A DNA stretch of 59,563 nt from Candidatus Omnitrophota bacterium (GTDB lineage Bacteria; Omnitrophota; Gorgyraeia; Pluralincolimonadales; Pluralincolimonadaceae), in the NCBI GenBank assembly GCA_003141835.1, contig PLNR01000008.1, forward strand, positions 1 through 59,563, in the 5' to 3' direction. Below, piece after piece: positions 47,103 through 56,025 of the stretch. Numbering within the stretch: the first letter of the stretch is position 1; every line of letters starts with the position of its first letter. The position numbers and the translations under genes are program-made. The notes beneath the pieces were generated by a model. It saw only the letters and a program-made list of their open reading frames with translations, searched no databases and had not been told where the DNA came from.

Positions 47103-48131
47103 ATGAAAAGGTTGGGAATACTTACCGGCGGCGGAGACTGCCCGGGCTTGAATCCCGTCATCAGGGCGGTCGTGAGAAAGGCCCATCTTGAAGGATATGA
47201 AGTCTTAGGCATAAAAAGCGGGTGGAAGGGCATTATCGAGGGAGACGTAATTACCCTGGACCGCCATTCCGTATCCGGGATATTGCCGAAGGGCGGCACG
47301 ATACTCGGCACCTCAAGGACTAATCCCTATAAGAAAGAAGGAGCGGTACAGAAAGTAAAAGATAATTTCAAGAAGTTCGAGCTCGACGCCCTGATAGCCG
47401 TAGGCGGCGAAGACACGCTTGGCGTCGCCAATAGGCTGGTAAAAGAGGGATTGAAAATTGTGGGCGTCCCGAAGACTATAGATAACGACCTTGGTGAGAC
47501 CGATTATACCTTCGGCTTCGATACCGCGATCAACATCGTAATGGAATGCATCGACAGGCTGCACACTACGGCCGAAAGCCATAACAGGATAATAGTTGCC
47601 GAAGTCATGGGCCGCCATGCGGGCTGGATCGCGGTCTATGCCGGTATCGCCGGCGGCGCGGATATAATTTTGATCCCCGAGGTCCCGATAAATATCGATG
47701 ATGTATGCGCTATAATAAAGAAGCGTCACGAGGGCGGCAAGAATTTTTCGATCGTTGTAGTGGCAGAGGGCGCGAAATTTAAAGAGGATCAGGAAGTGCT
47801 TCAGACGGAAAAGCTGGATGAATTCGGCCACGTCAGGCTGGGCGGTATAGGCCAGCAACTGGGCGGAATGATAGAGAAGAAGACCGGCTATGAGACGAGG
47901 GTCACAGTTCTTGGCTATATCCAACGCGGCGGCTCGCCTTCGGCGTTCGACAGGGTCCTCGGGACCAGGTTCGGCATTAAGGCCGTCGAACTCGTTAAAC
48001 AGGGCAAATTCGGTTATATGGTCAGCCTGCAGGGAAATAAGATAGTGGAAGTTCCTATCGAGAAAGCCGTCGGTACGCTGAAGACGGTCGATAATGACTT
48101 CTATAACGTGGCCAAAACATTCTTCGGTTGA
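47103..48131 (+). CDS. pfkA: 6-phosphofructokinase, carrying residues typical of PPi-dependent enzymes
   Basis: Trimmed to ATG 47103 (AGGGGGA RBS). GILTGGGDCPGLN, GGEDTLG and VPKTIDNDL. Confidence 0.88.
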   Translation: MKRLGILTGGGDCPGLNPVIRAVVRKAHLEGYEVLGIKSGWKGIIEGDVITLDRHSVSGILPKGGTILGTSRTNPYKKEGAVQKVKDNFKKFELDALIAVGGEDTLGVANRLVKEGLKIVGVPKTIDNDLGETDYTFGFDTAINIVMECIDRLHTTAESHNRIIVAEVMGRHAGWIAVYAGIAGGADIILIPEVPINIDDVCAIIKKRHEGGKNFSIVVVAEGAKFKEDQEVLQTEKLDEFGHVRLGGIGQQLGGMIEKKTGYETRVTVLGYIQRGGSPSAFDRVLGTRFGIKAVELVKQGKFGYMVSLQGNKIVEVPIEKAVGTLKTVDNDFYNVAKTFFG

Positions 48132-48133
48132 TA

Positions 48134-48700
48134 ATGAAAAAAAAGATAGAAGCCATACTGGAAGAGAGCATATCCGTAAAGAAGGACCTGATGGTATCGC
48201 AGGGCGATACCATTGAGAAGGCCGCAGACGCTATCATCAAGTCGCTGAAAGCCGGAGGGAAGGTCATGATCTTCGGCAACGGCGGAAGCGCCGCCGACAG
48301 CCAGCATATGGCGGCCGAACTCGTAGGGAAGTTTCTGAAGGAGAGGAAAGGGGTCCCGGCGATAGCCTTGACCACTAACACCTCGATAATTACGGCGATA
48401 GCAAACGACTATTCTTATGATGAGGTATTTTCGCGCCAACTCGACGCGATCGCGGAAAATAACGATGTGGCGATCGGGATATCTACGAGCGGTAACGCGA
48501 AGAACGTCATCAGGGCCGTAGAGCTTGCCAATAAGAAGGGCATTGTCACGATCGCGCTTACCGGGCGCGACGGCGGCGGGCTCGCAAAGATAGCAAAGAT
48601 CTCCATAATAGTCCCTTCCAGGTCTACCCCAAGGATCCAGGAAGCCCACGTTACGGTGGTCCATATCCTCTGCCAGATGGTAGAGGAGGCGTTGTTCTGA
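48134..48700 (+). CDS. gmhA: D-sedoheptulose 7-phosphate isomerase (SIS domain)
   Basis: FGNGGSAADSQHMAAEL, ISTSGNAKNVI and QEAH. The start could instead be TTG 48128. Confidence 0.85.
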   Translation: MKKKIEAILEESISVKKDLMVSQGDTIEKAADAIIKSLKAGGKVMIFGNGGSAADSQHMAAELVGKFLKERKGVPAIALTTNTSIITAIANDYSYDEVFSRQLDAIAENNDVAIGISTSGNAKNVIRAVELANKKGIVTIALTGRDGGGLAKIAKISIIVPSRSTPRIQEAHVTVVHILCQMVEEALF

Positions 48701-48714
48701 AACGGGGTACGATA

Positions 48715-49194
48715 ATGACGGGAAAAAAGATAACCGCTTTTTCGAAGGTAAAAGCGCTCGCCTCAAGGCTGCGCGCGAAAGGCAAAAGGATCGTCTTTAC
48801 GAACGGCTGTTTCGACATCCTGCATTCCGGGCACGTAAAATACCTCGAGAAGGCCAGCTCGCTCGGCGACGTGCTAATACTGGGATTGAACAGCGATCGC
48901 TCGGTAAAAAAGATCAAAGGCCCGTCGCGTCCCATAGTCGGGCAGAAAGACAGGGCGGCTGTCGTGGCCTCCCTCGGTTTTGTCGACCATGTGGTAGTAT
49001 TCGGCGATGCAACCCCTTTGAAATTAATAAAGGCCATAAGGCCTGACATAATCGTCAAAGGGGCGGACTGGAAACCCGGAAAGATCGTTGGCGCCGATCT
49101 CGTTAAGTCCTACGGCGGAAAAGTTGTTGCCATACCGCTGGTCAAGGGCAGGTCCACTACCGGGCTTATCCGCAGGATGTCAAGAAGACCTTAA
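48715..49194 (+). CDS. D-glycero-beta-D-manno-heptose 1-phosphate adenylyltransferase-like cytidylyltransferase (RfaE domain II only)
   Basis: VFTNGCFDILHSGHVKYL (the HxGH nucleotidyltransferase motif). 159 aa. No kinase domain. Confidence 0.8.
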   Translation: MTGKKITAFSKVKALASRLRAKGKRIVFTNGCFDILHSGHVKYLEKASSLGDVLILGLNSDRSVKKIKGPSRPIVGQKDRAAVVASLGFVDHVVVFGDATPLKLIKAIRPDIIVKGADWKPGKIVGADLVKSYGGKVVAIPLVKGRSTTGLIRRMSRRP

Positions 49195-49604
49195 TGAAAG
49201 ATAAGCTTTACAGGATAATTGACGCGAACCTCAACAGGTCGAGGGAAGGCTTAAGGGTTTGCGAGGAGATCGCGAGATTTGTGCTGGATGACGCATCCCT
49301 GACGAAAGAATTCAAGGGCCTGCGCCACGGCATATCGGACTGCATCAAGCTCTATCCCGCCAAGCTGCGCGGAATAATATCGGCGCGCGACCCTGAAGGC
49401 GATGTCGGCCGGGGCAGGCAGGCGATCGAGAGGAAGAGAAGCGGATGGAAGGATATCTCGATAGCCAACATGGAACGCGTCAAGGAGTCGCTCCGCGTCC
49501 TGGAGGAATTCTCAAAGCTCATAGACGGAAAGATAGCCGATAAGTTCAAGAGGCTCAGGTTCAAGGCGTATAATTCCGAGAAGAAACTCGTCTCGAGGTT
49601 CTGA
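49194..49604 (+). CDS. Stand-alone homologue of the N-terminal extension found on some ThiE proteins. Function unknown.
   Basis: LYRIIDANLNRSREGLRVCEEIARFVLDD. Its start overlaps the previous stop and it ends 2 nt before thiE. Confidence 0.55.
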   Translation: MKDKLYRIIDANLNRSREGLRVCEEIARFVLDDASLTKEFKGLRHGISDCIKLYPAKLRGIISARDPEGDVGRGRQAIERKRSGWKDISIANMERVKESLRVLEEFSKLIDGKIADKFKRLRFKAYNSEKKLVSRF

Positions 49605-49606
49605 TA

Positions 49607-50227
49607 TTGCGCGATTTCAGGCTTTACGTGATCATAGATAAGCAGGCGGTGAAGGGCCGCGACCTTGTTTATGCGGCGAAAGAAGCGGTAGCCGGCGGCG
49701 CGGACGTGATACAGCTGCGCGACAAGGGATCCGACGCCGCGGATGTGGTCGAGGCCGGCCTCGCGATGCGCAAGGCGATAGGCAGGGACCAGGCGTTATT
49801 CATCGTAAATGACAGCCCGGATATCGCGATAGCAGTCGATGCCGACGGCGTGCATCTCGGCCAGGAAGATATGCCGGCCATCGGCGCCCGCTCAATATTA
49901 GGCAAGGGCAAGATAATAGGCCTCTCGACGCATTCGCTCGAACAGGCTGCCGCGGCGCAGAACAGCGGCGCGGATTATATAGGGGTCGGCCCTATTTTCA
50001 CGACGCCCACAAAGCCCGGCTATAAAGCCGTCGGGCTCGAACTGATAATAAAAGTAAACAAGATAAAAGGCCTCCCTTTTGTCGCTATCGGCGGCATCGA
50101 TGAGTCTAATATCGATGAGGTGATCGCAGCCGGTGCTTCCAGGATCGCCGTAGTAAGGGCGGTATGCGGCGCTGAAGATATCAGGGGATCCGCAAAAAGA
50201 TTAAAGGATAAACTTACCAGGATATGA
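49607..50227 (+). CDS. thiE: Thiamine-phosphate synthase
   Basis: TTG start. LYVIID, VIQLRDK, GVHLGQEDMP and AIGGI motifs. Confidence 0.92.
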   Translation: MRDFRLYVIIDKQAVKGRDLVYAAKEAVAGGADVIQLRDKGSDAADVVEAGLAMRKAIGRDQALFIVNDSPDIAIAVDADGVHLGQEDMPAIGARSILGKGKIIGLSTHSLEQAAAAQNSGADYIGVGPIFTTPTKPGYKAVGLELIIKVNKIKGLPFVAIGGIDESNIDEVIAAGASRIAVVRAVCGAEDIRGSAKRLKDKLTRI

Positions 50228-51504
50228 CCCAATTAGAGTCGGCAAAAAGAGGCAGGATAACGCCCGAGATGAGGCTTGTCGCGAAAGCGGAAGGCCTCGA
50301 CGTTAAACTGCTCGCCAGGAAGATAGCGTCGGGCAGGGTAGTCATACCCTCGAATATTCTCAGGAAAAAGGGCAAGGTCTGCGGCATCGGCGAGGGATTG
50401 AAGACTAAGGTAAACGCCAATATCGGGACTTCACAGGGCTCTTCGAGGATCGCGGTTGAATTGAAGAAATTGAAGGCCTCCGTAGATAACGGGGCGGACG
50501 CGGTCATGGACCTTTCGACCGCCGGGGACCTGAGGGCTATCAGGAAGGCCATACTCAGGGCTTGCCCTGTGCCTGTCGGCACCGTCCCTATTTACGAAGC
50601 GGTAGTCGCCGCGGACCGCGGGAAGAGGCCCATCCATTCCATAACTGCCGGAGAGATGCTCGCTGTGATTGACCGGCAGGCGAAAGAGGGTGTGGATTTT
50701 TTCACGATCCATTGCGGCGTTACGAGAAAAGCGGTAGATTGCCTTAAGAAGCAGGGAAGGGTGATCGGGGTAGTCAGCAGGGGCGGCGCCATAATTATAG
50801 AATGGATGGCGTGCAACCTGCGTGAAAATCCTTTTTATGAAGAGTTCGACAGCGTGCTGGATATCGCGCGCAAATATGACGTCACTTTAAGCTTAGGCGA
50901 CGGCATGAGGCCCGGGTGCCTTGCCGACGCCAGCGACAGGGCGCAGATACAAGAGTTGATGACCCTGGGAGAGCTTGCCGGAAGGGCTAAACGGGCAGGC
51001 GTCCAGGTAATGATAGAAGGGCCCGGCCACGTCCCTTTAAACCAGATCGAGGCTAATATTTTATTGGAAAAAGACCTTTGCCACGGCGCCCCATTTTATG
51101 TCCTCGGCCCGCTTGTGACCGATATAGCGCCGGGCTACGACCATATAACATCGGCGATAGGCGGCGCGCTTGCTGCCGCGCACGGCGCGGATTTCATCTG
51201 CTATGTCACGCCTTCCGAACATCTCGGCCTGCCATCTGTCGGTGACGTGAAGACAGGAGTCATCTCCGCAAGGATAGCCGCACACGCGGGGGATATAGCA
51301 AAAGGGGTAAAGGGCGCTCTCGATTGGGACATCGCCATATCGGCCGCCCGCAAGAAGAGGGATTGGCAGAAACAATTCGCCCTGGCGATCGACCCGGCGC
51401 GGGCAAGGGGATACAGGGACCGCTCCAAGCCGGCGGCAAAGGACGTCTGCACGATGTGCGGGCAATATTGCTCTATGAAAATATCGGAGGAATACCTGGG
51501 ATAA
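50224..51504 (+). CDS. thiC: Phosphomethylpyrimidine synthase (radical SAM, ThiC)
   Basis: ATGA overlap. MDLSTGG-like MDLSTAGD, FFTIHCGV, and the C-terminal cluster CTMCGQYCSMK. Confidence 0.95.
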   Translation: MTQLESAKRGRITPEMRLVAKAEGLDVKLLARKIASGRVVIPSNILRKKGKVCGIGEGLKTKVNANIGTSQGSSRIAVELKKLKASVDNGADAVMDLSTAGDLRAIRKAILRACPVPVGTVPIYEAVVAADRGKRPIHSITAGEMLAVIDRQAKEGVDFFTIHCGVTRKAVDCLKKQGRVIGVVSRGGAIIIEWMACNLRENPFYEEFDSVLDIARKYDVTLSLGDGMRPGCLADASDRAQIQELMTLGELAGRAKRAGVQVMIEGPGHVPLNQIEANILLEKDLCHGAPFYVLGPLVTDIAPGYDHITSAIGGALAAAHGADFICYVTPSEHLGLPSVGDVKTGVISARIAAHAGDIAKGVKGALDWDIAISAARKKRDWQKQFALAIDPARARGYRDRSKPAAKDVCTMCGQYCSMKISEEYLG

Positions 51505-52409
51505 TGTCGCTACTTGTCGTAGGTTCAATAGCGTTAGATTCGATAAAGACCCCGTTCGGTAAAGTAAATGAGGCGCTCGGCGGCTCGGCCGTGTATTTTT
51601 CCTGCGCCGCGACATTCTTTAATTCAGCCCGCCTTGTCGGCGTAGTCGGGGCCGATTTCCCTAAAAAATATATCGAATTGCTTAAGAGGAGGGGCGTGGA
51701 TGTCACCGGGCTGAAGATCGACGGGGGGAAGACCTTCAGGTGGAAGGGTGAATACGGGTTCGACCTTAACACCGCCCGTACGATCTATACCCACCTTAAC
51801 GTATTCGCGGACTTCAAGCCGGAGATCCCCGCTCAATACCGTGACTCGGACAATGTCTTTTTGGCGAATATCGACCCATCTTTGCAGTTGGATGTCCTGA
51901 AACAGGTGGATGACCCAAGGCTCATCGCATGCGACACGATGAACTACTGGATAGAGAACAAGCCCAAGGAGCTCAAGAAACTCCTGAAGCACGTCCATAT
52001 ATTTTTCGCCAACGACAAGGAAGCGCGCGAATTTTCCGGGGAGATCAACCTCCTGAAGGCGGCAAGATATATATTTTCTTGCGGGCCGAAAATTGCTATA
52101 ATAAAAAAAGGCGAGCACGGCGTTCTTTGTATCTCAAAAGATTTCATCTTTTCCTATCCCGCGTATATCCTTGAAGACCCGTTCGACCCGACCGGCGCCG
52201 GCGATACCTTTGCCGGGGGGTTCATGGGTTACCTAAGCAAAGCGAAGAGGGTCAACGAGGCGGTCCTGCGCAAAGGATGCGCCTACGGGACCATACTCGC
52301 CTCATTCGCCGTAGAGGATTTCAGCGTAAACCGGATATTGAAATTGAACGAAAAAGATATACGGGGCAGGTACAAGAAATTTAAAATGTTAATGCACCTT
52401 GAAGGTTGA
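51504..52409 (+). CDS. PfkB-family (ribokinase-like) carbohydrate kinase. Substrate unknown.
   Basis: Trimmed to ATG 51504 (overlaps the thiC TAA). LVVGSIALD and ALGGSA, plus PfkB signature DPTGAGDTFAGGF. Confidence 0.8.
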   Translation: MSLLVVGSIALDSIKTPFGKVNEALGGSAVYFSCAATFFNSARLVGVVGADFPKKYIELLKRRGVDVTGLKIDGGKTFRWKGEYGFDLNTARTIYTHLNVFADFKPEIPAQYRDSDNVFLANIDPSLQLDVLKQVDDPRLIACDTMNYWIENKPKELKKLLKHVHIFFANDKEAREFSGEINLLKAARYIFSCGPKIAIIKKGEHGVLCISKDFIFSYPAYILEDPFDPTGAGDTFAGGFMGYLSKAKRVNEAVLRKGCAYGTILASFAVEDFSVNRILKLNEKDIRGRYKKFKMLMHLEG

Positions 52410-52535
52410 ATAAGTTGTAACGATTGCTGTAACGAATTATCTTCAAATAGGGAAGTGGGGTATAGTAAGGGGAGAAACTACGTGTCTCCCCTTACAACGA
52501 TTTCGCCCCGAAAAAGTTTATACGAAATCGTTTAA

Positions 52536-52611
52536 GCGGGTGTAGTTCAGTTGGTAGAACGTCAGCTTCCCAAGCTGAATATCGTGGGTTCGAGTCCCAT
52601 CACCCGCTCCA
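52536..52611 (+). tRNA. tRNA-Gly (anticodon CCC), with encoded CCA
   Basis: Manual cloverleaf. Acceptor gcgggtg/cacccgc, D stem gttc/gaac, anticodon stem tcagc/gctga with loop ttCCCaa, T arm gtggg-ttcgagt-cccat, then t-cca. Confidence 0.93.
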
Positions 52612-52634
52612 TTTTGAGGACGGACCATTTATAG

Positions 52635-53324
52635 ATGTCTTATTTAAGGGTTTCAATTATAGCTCTCCTTATCCTGGCCCTTGCCGGATGCGCGGAGACC
52701 CCGGTCATCAAGCCGCCTAAGCCGCTTACGCCAGCCATCCCTGCGCCCGCCAAAGGGGGCACCTACCACAAAGTAATTAAAGGCGAGACGCTTTGGCGCA
52801 TAGCGAAGGATAACGGCGTGGACCTCGAGGCCCTTGTCGAGGCGAACGGCCTGACGAGCGCCGGAAATATCAAGGTCGGACAGAATATCCTGATACCCGG
52901 TAAGCCCGGCCGGCCGGTGACGAACGTCACCCCTCTTGCCGTCTATTCAAAAGAAGATTTTATCTGGCCGGTCAAAGGGAGGGTCTTCTCATCCTTCGGG
53001 GAGAAGAGAGGCTCGACCCCGAATAAGGGCGTTGATATCCAGGCACGGGGCGGGACGATCGTCGTCGCCTCCAGGAGCGGCAGGGTCATATTCAGTGAAG
53101 ATAAGGTCAGGGGTTTCGGGAAGACGGTCATAATAGACCACGGCGACGGCATCCAGACGGTCTATTCGCATAATTCCGAGATACTTGTCAAGATAGGGGA
53201 AGATGTCAGGCAGGGCCACCCGGTCGCGAAGGTCGGTTCCGGCGGCAGGGAGAATTTTCCGTATCTGCATTTTGAGATAAGAAAGAGGCACAAGCCTCAA
53301 AATCCTTTTTATTATCTGTCGTAA
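52635..53324 (+). CDS. nlpD: LysM + degenerate M23 (LytM) domain lipoprotein, NlpD-like
   Basis: Lipobox LALAGC. LysM YHKVIKGETLWRIAKDNGVDLEALVEANGL. The M23 domain has NKGVD in place of HxxxD and YLHFE in place of HLHFE. Confidence 0.8.
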   Translation: MSYLRVSIIALLILALAGCAETPVIKPPKPLTPAIPAPAKGGTYHKVIKGETLWRIAKDNGVDLEALVEANGLTSAGNIKVGQNILIPGKPGRPVTNVTPLAVYSKEDFIWPVKGRVFSSFGEKRGSTPNKGVDIQARGGTIVVASRSGRVIFSEDKVRGFGKTVIIDHGDGIQTVYSHNSEILVKIGEDVRQGHPVAKVGSGGRENFPYLHFEIRKRHKPQNPFYYLS

Positions 53325-53345
53325 AGCAGGAAGGTTTTATACATA

Positions 53346-55031
53346 ATGTTATTAGATCCCGCAACGGGAAATAATTTTTTCGGCAGGGACGATATCCTCG
53401 CTTTGCTTAAGAAGCGCGCAGACGGCCTGCGTTCCGGTTATCGCCAGAATGTCGCCATCATAGCGCCTCCCTGCTATGGGAAGACCTCGGTCATCTACCG
53501 TTTTATGAGCACCCTGCCTTTCAAGGACACCGTGCCGGTCTATATCGAGGTCAAGCGGCAGGGATTCCCGGCTTTCGCCGAAAAATTCATCACAGGGCTG
53601 CTTTTCAAATATCTCGATTTCACGGAATATAAGGCGGGGCACACAGGCGAGCTCGTCTCGCTCGCCGCGGACAGGATGCCTAAGACCGCGAAGGCGGTGA
53701 AGGCGATCGAAGCGCTGATAAAAACAGGCAAGAATTTAAAGGCGTACCGCGCCCTGTTCGAACTCCCGGCTACGGCCTATTCCGAGACGGGGCTGCGGCC
53801 GATAATAATCCTCGATGAGTTCCACAGGATCTCGGACTTGGGCATAGAAGACGCGTTCGCCGAACTGGGAAAATTCATCATGCTGCAAAAAGATACTATG
53901 TACATCGTATCTTCTTCCCAGATAAACCAGGCCAAAAATATCCTCGCCGAGAAACTCTCCTTGTTGTTCGGTAATTTCGAAATATGCGAACTCGGGACCT
54001 TCGACGTCCAGACGGCCACCCGGTTCATAAGGGCGCGCCTGGCCTGCGGGCCGCTCCCGGACGAACTGGTGAATTTCCTAGTTGCGTTCAGCGACGGCCA
54101 TCCGTTCTATCTCGATTGCATACTGCTGAGCCTCCGCGACAGGGCCTCCATAATCGCGCCTGCCAGGAATGACGAGACTTTGACGTCGATGTTCATCGAC
54201 ATACTCTTCGATTCGAAGGGGATATTGAACCAGCATTTTTCGGGCGTGATGGCGCAGCTCGACGGCTTAGACAGGCATGCGGCCGCGGTATTGCTCGCCA
54301 TTTCCAACGGCGCGAAGAAGCTCCAGCTGATATCGGACGCTTCCCGCGTCAAGCCTTCCGAATTGTCTACTCTCCTTGAGAAATTGATAGACGCGGGACG
54401 GGTCTCCAGGCACGGCAGGTTTTACCTGATACGCGACAAGGTCTTTGAATTATGGCTCAGGAATGTCTACCAGATAAAGGAATACCTCCTCGACCCGTCT
54501 TACGAGCCCAAGATATCCATGTTCAGCTCCGAGGTCAGGGGGTTCATAAAGAATTTCGTAAGTTCCGCCAAGGGGGATATAGATGAACTCGTCGCCGGGC
54601 TTTTCGCCTCATTTAACGGCGAATTCATGGAATTACAGGGAAAGAGTTTCAAGCTGCCGCATTTAGACGGCACCGAGATCCGGCCGTCGAAGATCGAGGG
54701 CATATCGCACCTGGTCCTTTCCGCAGAAGGCAATACCTGGGAACTGATGGTCGCCCGCCGGCCGGTCAGGGACAGCGATGTCATGGACTACCTCAGCCAA
54801 TGCAAGCAGCGGAAGGGCGCGGTCAAACGCAGGATCGTCATCGCCCTGGCCGGTATAGGAGTGAACGCCAAACTCATCGCAAAAGAAGCGAAGTGCTGGA
54901 TATGGGACCTGAAAGACCTGAATACACTGCTCGATATGACCGGCAGGCAGAGGCTTGTCCTGCCGCAATGGGATGCTGAAGGGATACAGGAATCACAGAG
55001 AGACAACATCGAAAATACGGAGAGCGCCTGA
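53346..55031 (+). CDS. Arch_ATPase/DUF234-like P-loop NTPase with a C-terminal PD-(D/E)xK-like module. Function unknown.
   Basis: FFGRDDIL...IAPPCYGKTSV (Walker A) and PIIILDEFHRI (Walker B). The C-terminal HLVLSAEGNTWELMVARRP...RRIVIALAG resembles the nuclease-fold end of DUF234 proteins. Confidence 0.6.
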   Translation: MLLDPATGNNFFGRDDILALLKKRADGLRSGYRQNVAIIAPPCYGKTSVIYRFMSTLPFKDTVPVYIEVKRQGFPAFAEKFITGLLFKYLDFTEYKAGHTGELVSLAADRMPKTAKAVKAIEALIKTGKNLKAYRALFELPATAYSETGLRPIIILDEFHRISDLGIEDAFAELGKFIMLQKDTMYIVSSSQINQAKNILAEKLSLLFGNFEICELGTFDVQTATRFIRARLACGPLPDELVNFLVAFSDGHPFYLDCILLSLRDRASIIAPARNDETLTSMFIDILFDSKGILNQHFSGVMAQLDGLDRHAAAVLLAISNGAKKLQLISDASRVKPSELSTLLEKLIDAGRVSRHGRFYLIRDKVFELWLRNVYQIKEYLLDPSYEPKISMFSSEVRGFIKNFVSSAKGDIDELVAGLFASFNGEFMELQGKSFKLPHLDGTEIRPSKIEGISHLVLSAEGNTWELMVARRPVRDSDVMDYLSQCKQRKGAVKRRIVIALAGIGVNAKLIAKEAKCWIWDLKDLNTLLDMTGRQRLVLPQWDAEGIQESQRDNIENTESA

Positions 55032-55036
55032 CCGAT

Positions 55037-55522
55037 ATGAAGATATTGGTATTGTCTGACACGCACGTGCCAAGGATGGCCAGGGATATACCCAAGGCCG
55101 TCTATGCGGAGATAAAGAAGGCCGACCTTATAATGCATGCCGGCGATTTTGTGGAAATGAGTTTTTTCAATAAACTGAGCAAGCTGAAAAAGACGGTCGC
55201 CGTATACGGGAACATGGATTCGAGGGAGCTGACCTCCGCCCTGAAAGCGAAAGAGATAGTAGAGGCCGGCAAATTCAGGATAGGGCTCATCCACGGCTGG
55301 GGTTCTCCCGACGGGTTGGCCGAACGTATACTGGAAGAATTCAAGGGCGAAAAGTTGGATTGCATCGTCTACGGCCATTCCCACCGTCCGATGAACGAGA
55401 CTATAGAAAAGGTGTTGTTCTTTAATCCCGGAAGCCCGACCGATAAGATATTCGCCCCGTACAATTCCTACGGGATGATCGAGACGGACGGGAAATTGAC
55501 CGCTAAGATAGTGAAACTTTGA
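55037..55522 (+). CDS. YfcE/MJ0936-family metallophosphoesterase
   Basis: ILVLSDTHVP, HAGDF, YGNMD, LIHGW and YGHSHRP motifs. Confidence 0.88.
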   Translation: MKILVLSDTHVPRMARDIPKAVYAEIKKADLIMHAGDFVEMSFFNKLSKLKKTVAVYGNMDSRELTSALKAKEIVEAGKFRIGLIHGWGSPDGLAERILEEFKGEKLDCIVYGHSHRPMNETIEKVLFFNPGSPTDKIFAPYNSYGMIETDGKLTAKIVKL

Positions 55523-55536
55523 GCCGAGGGGGACCG

Positions 55537-56025
55537 ATGGACAGGCTGTGGGCGCCGTGGAGGACAAAATACATCACTAAGGTGAACTCGCTGAAGGGCT
55601 GCATCTTTTGCTCCAAGCCCAAGTCGGGAAAAGACAGGAAGAATTATATAGTCGCGCGTACCCGCCACAGTTTTTCAATACTCAACCTCTATCCTTACAA
55701 CAACGGCCATATGATGATCGTCCCTTACAGGCACGTCGCCAGCCTCACGAAACTCAACAAGGAGGAGATAGCGGACCTTATGCGCCTCCTTAACGCGACG
55801 CAAGAGCTCCTTTCTAAGACGATGCGTCCCGACGGGTTCAATATCGGTATCAATGTCGGCAGGGCCGCCGGCGCAGGCATAAAGGATCACGTCCATATAC
55901 ACATCGTCCCGCGGTGGTTCGGGGATGCTAATTTCATGCCGGTTGCTTCGTCGACGAAAGTCATATCCGAATCTCTCGGCGCATTATATGACAGGCTGAT
56001 AAAATGTTCACGCGTAAAGAAATAG
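55537..56025 (+). CDS. HIT-family nucleotide hydrolase/transferase
   Basis: Trimmed to ATG 55537 (GAGGGGGA upstream). LWAPWRTKYI N-terminus and histidine triad HVHIHIVPR. Confidence 0.88.
   Translation: MDRLWAPWRTKYITKVNSLKGCIFCSKPKSGKDRKNYIVARTRHSFSILNLYPYNNGHMMIVPYRHVASLTKLNKEEIADLMRLLNATQELLSKTMRPDGFNIGINVGRAAGAGIKDHVHIHIVPRWFGDANFMPVASSTKVISESLGALYDRLIKCSRVKK

Noticed and set aside
52536-53345. A genomic island integrated at tRNA-Gly.
   Set aside because: No integrase follows the tRNA, I saw no downstream direct repeat of the tRNA 3' end, and there is no composition change. The next gene, the NlpD-like one, starts 23 nt later and looks native.
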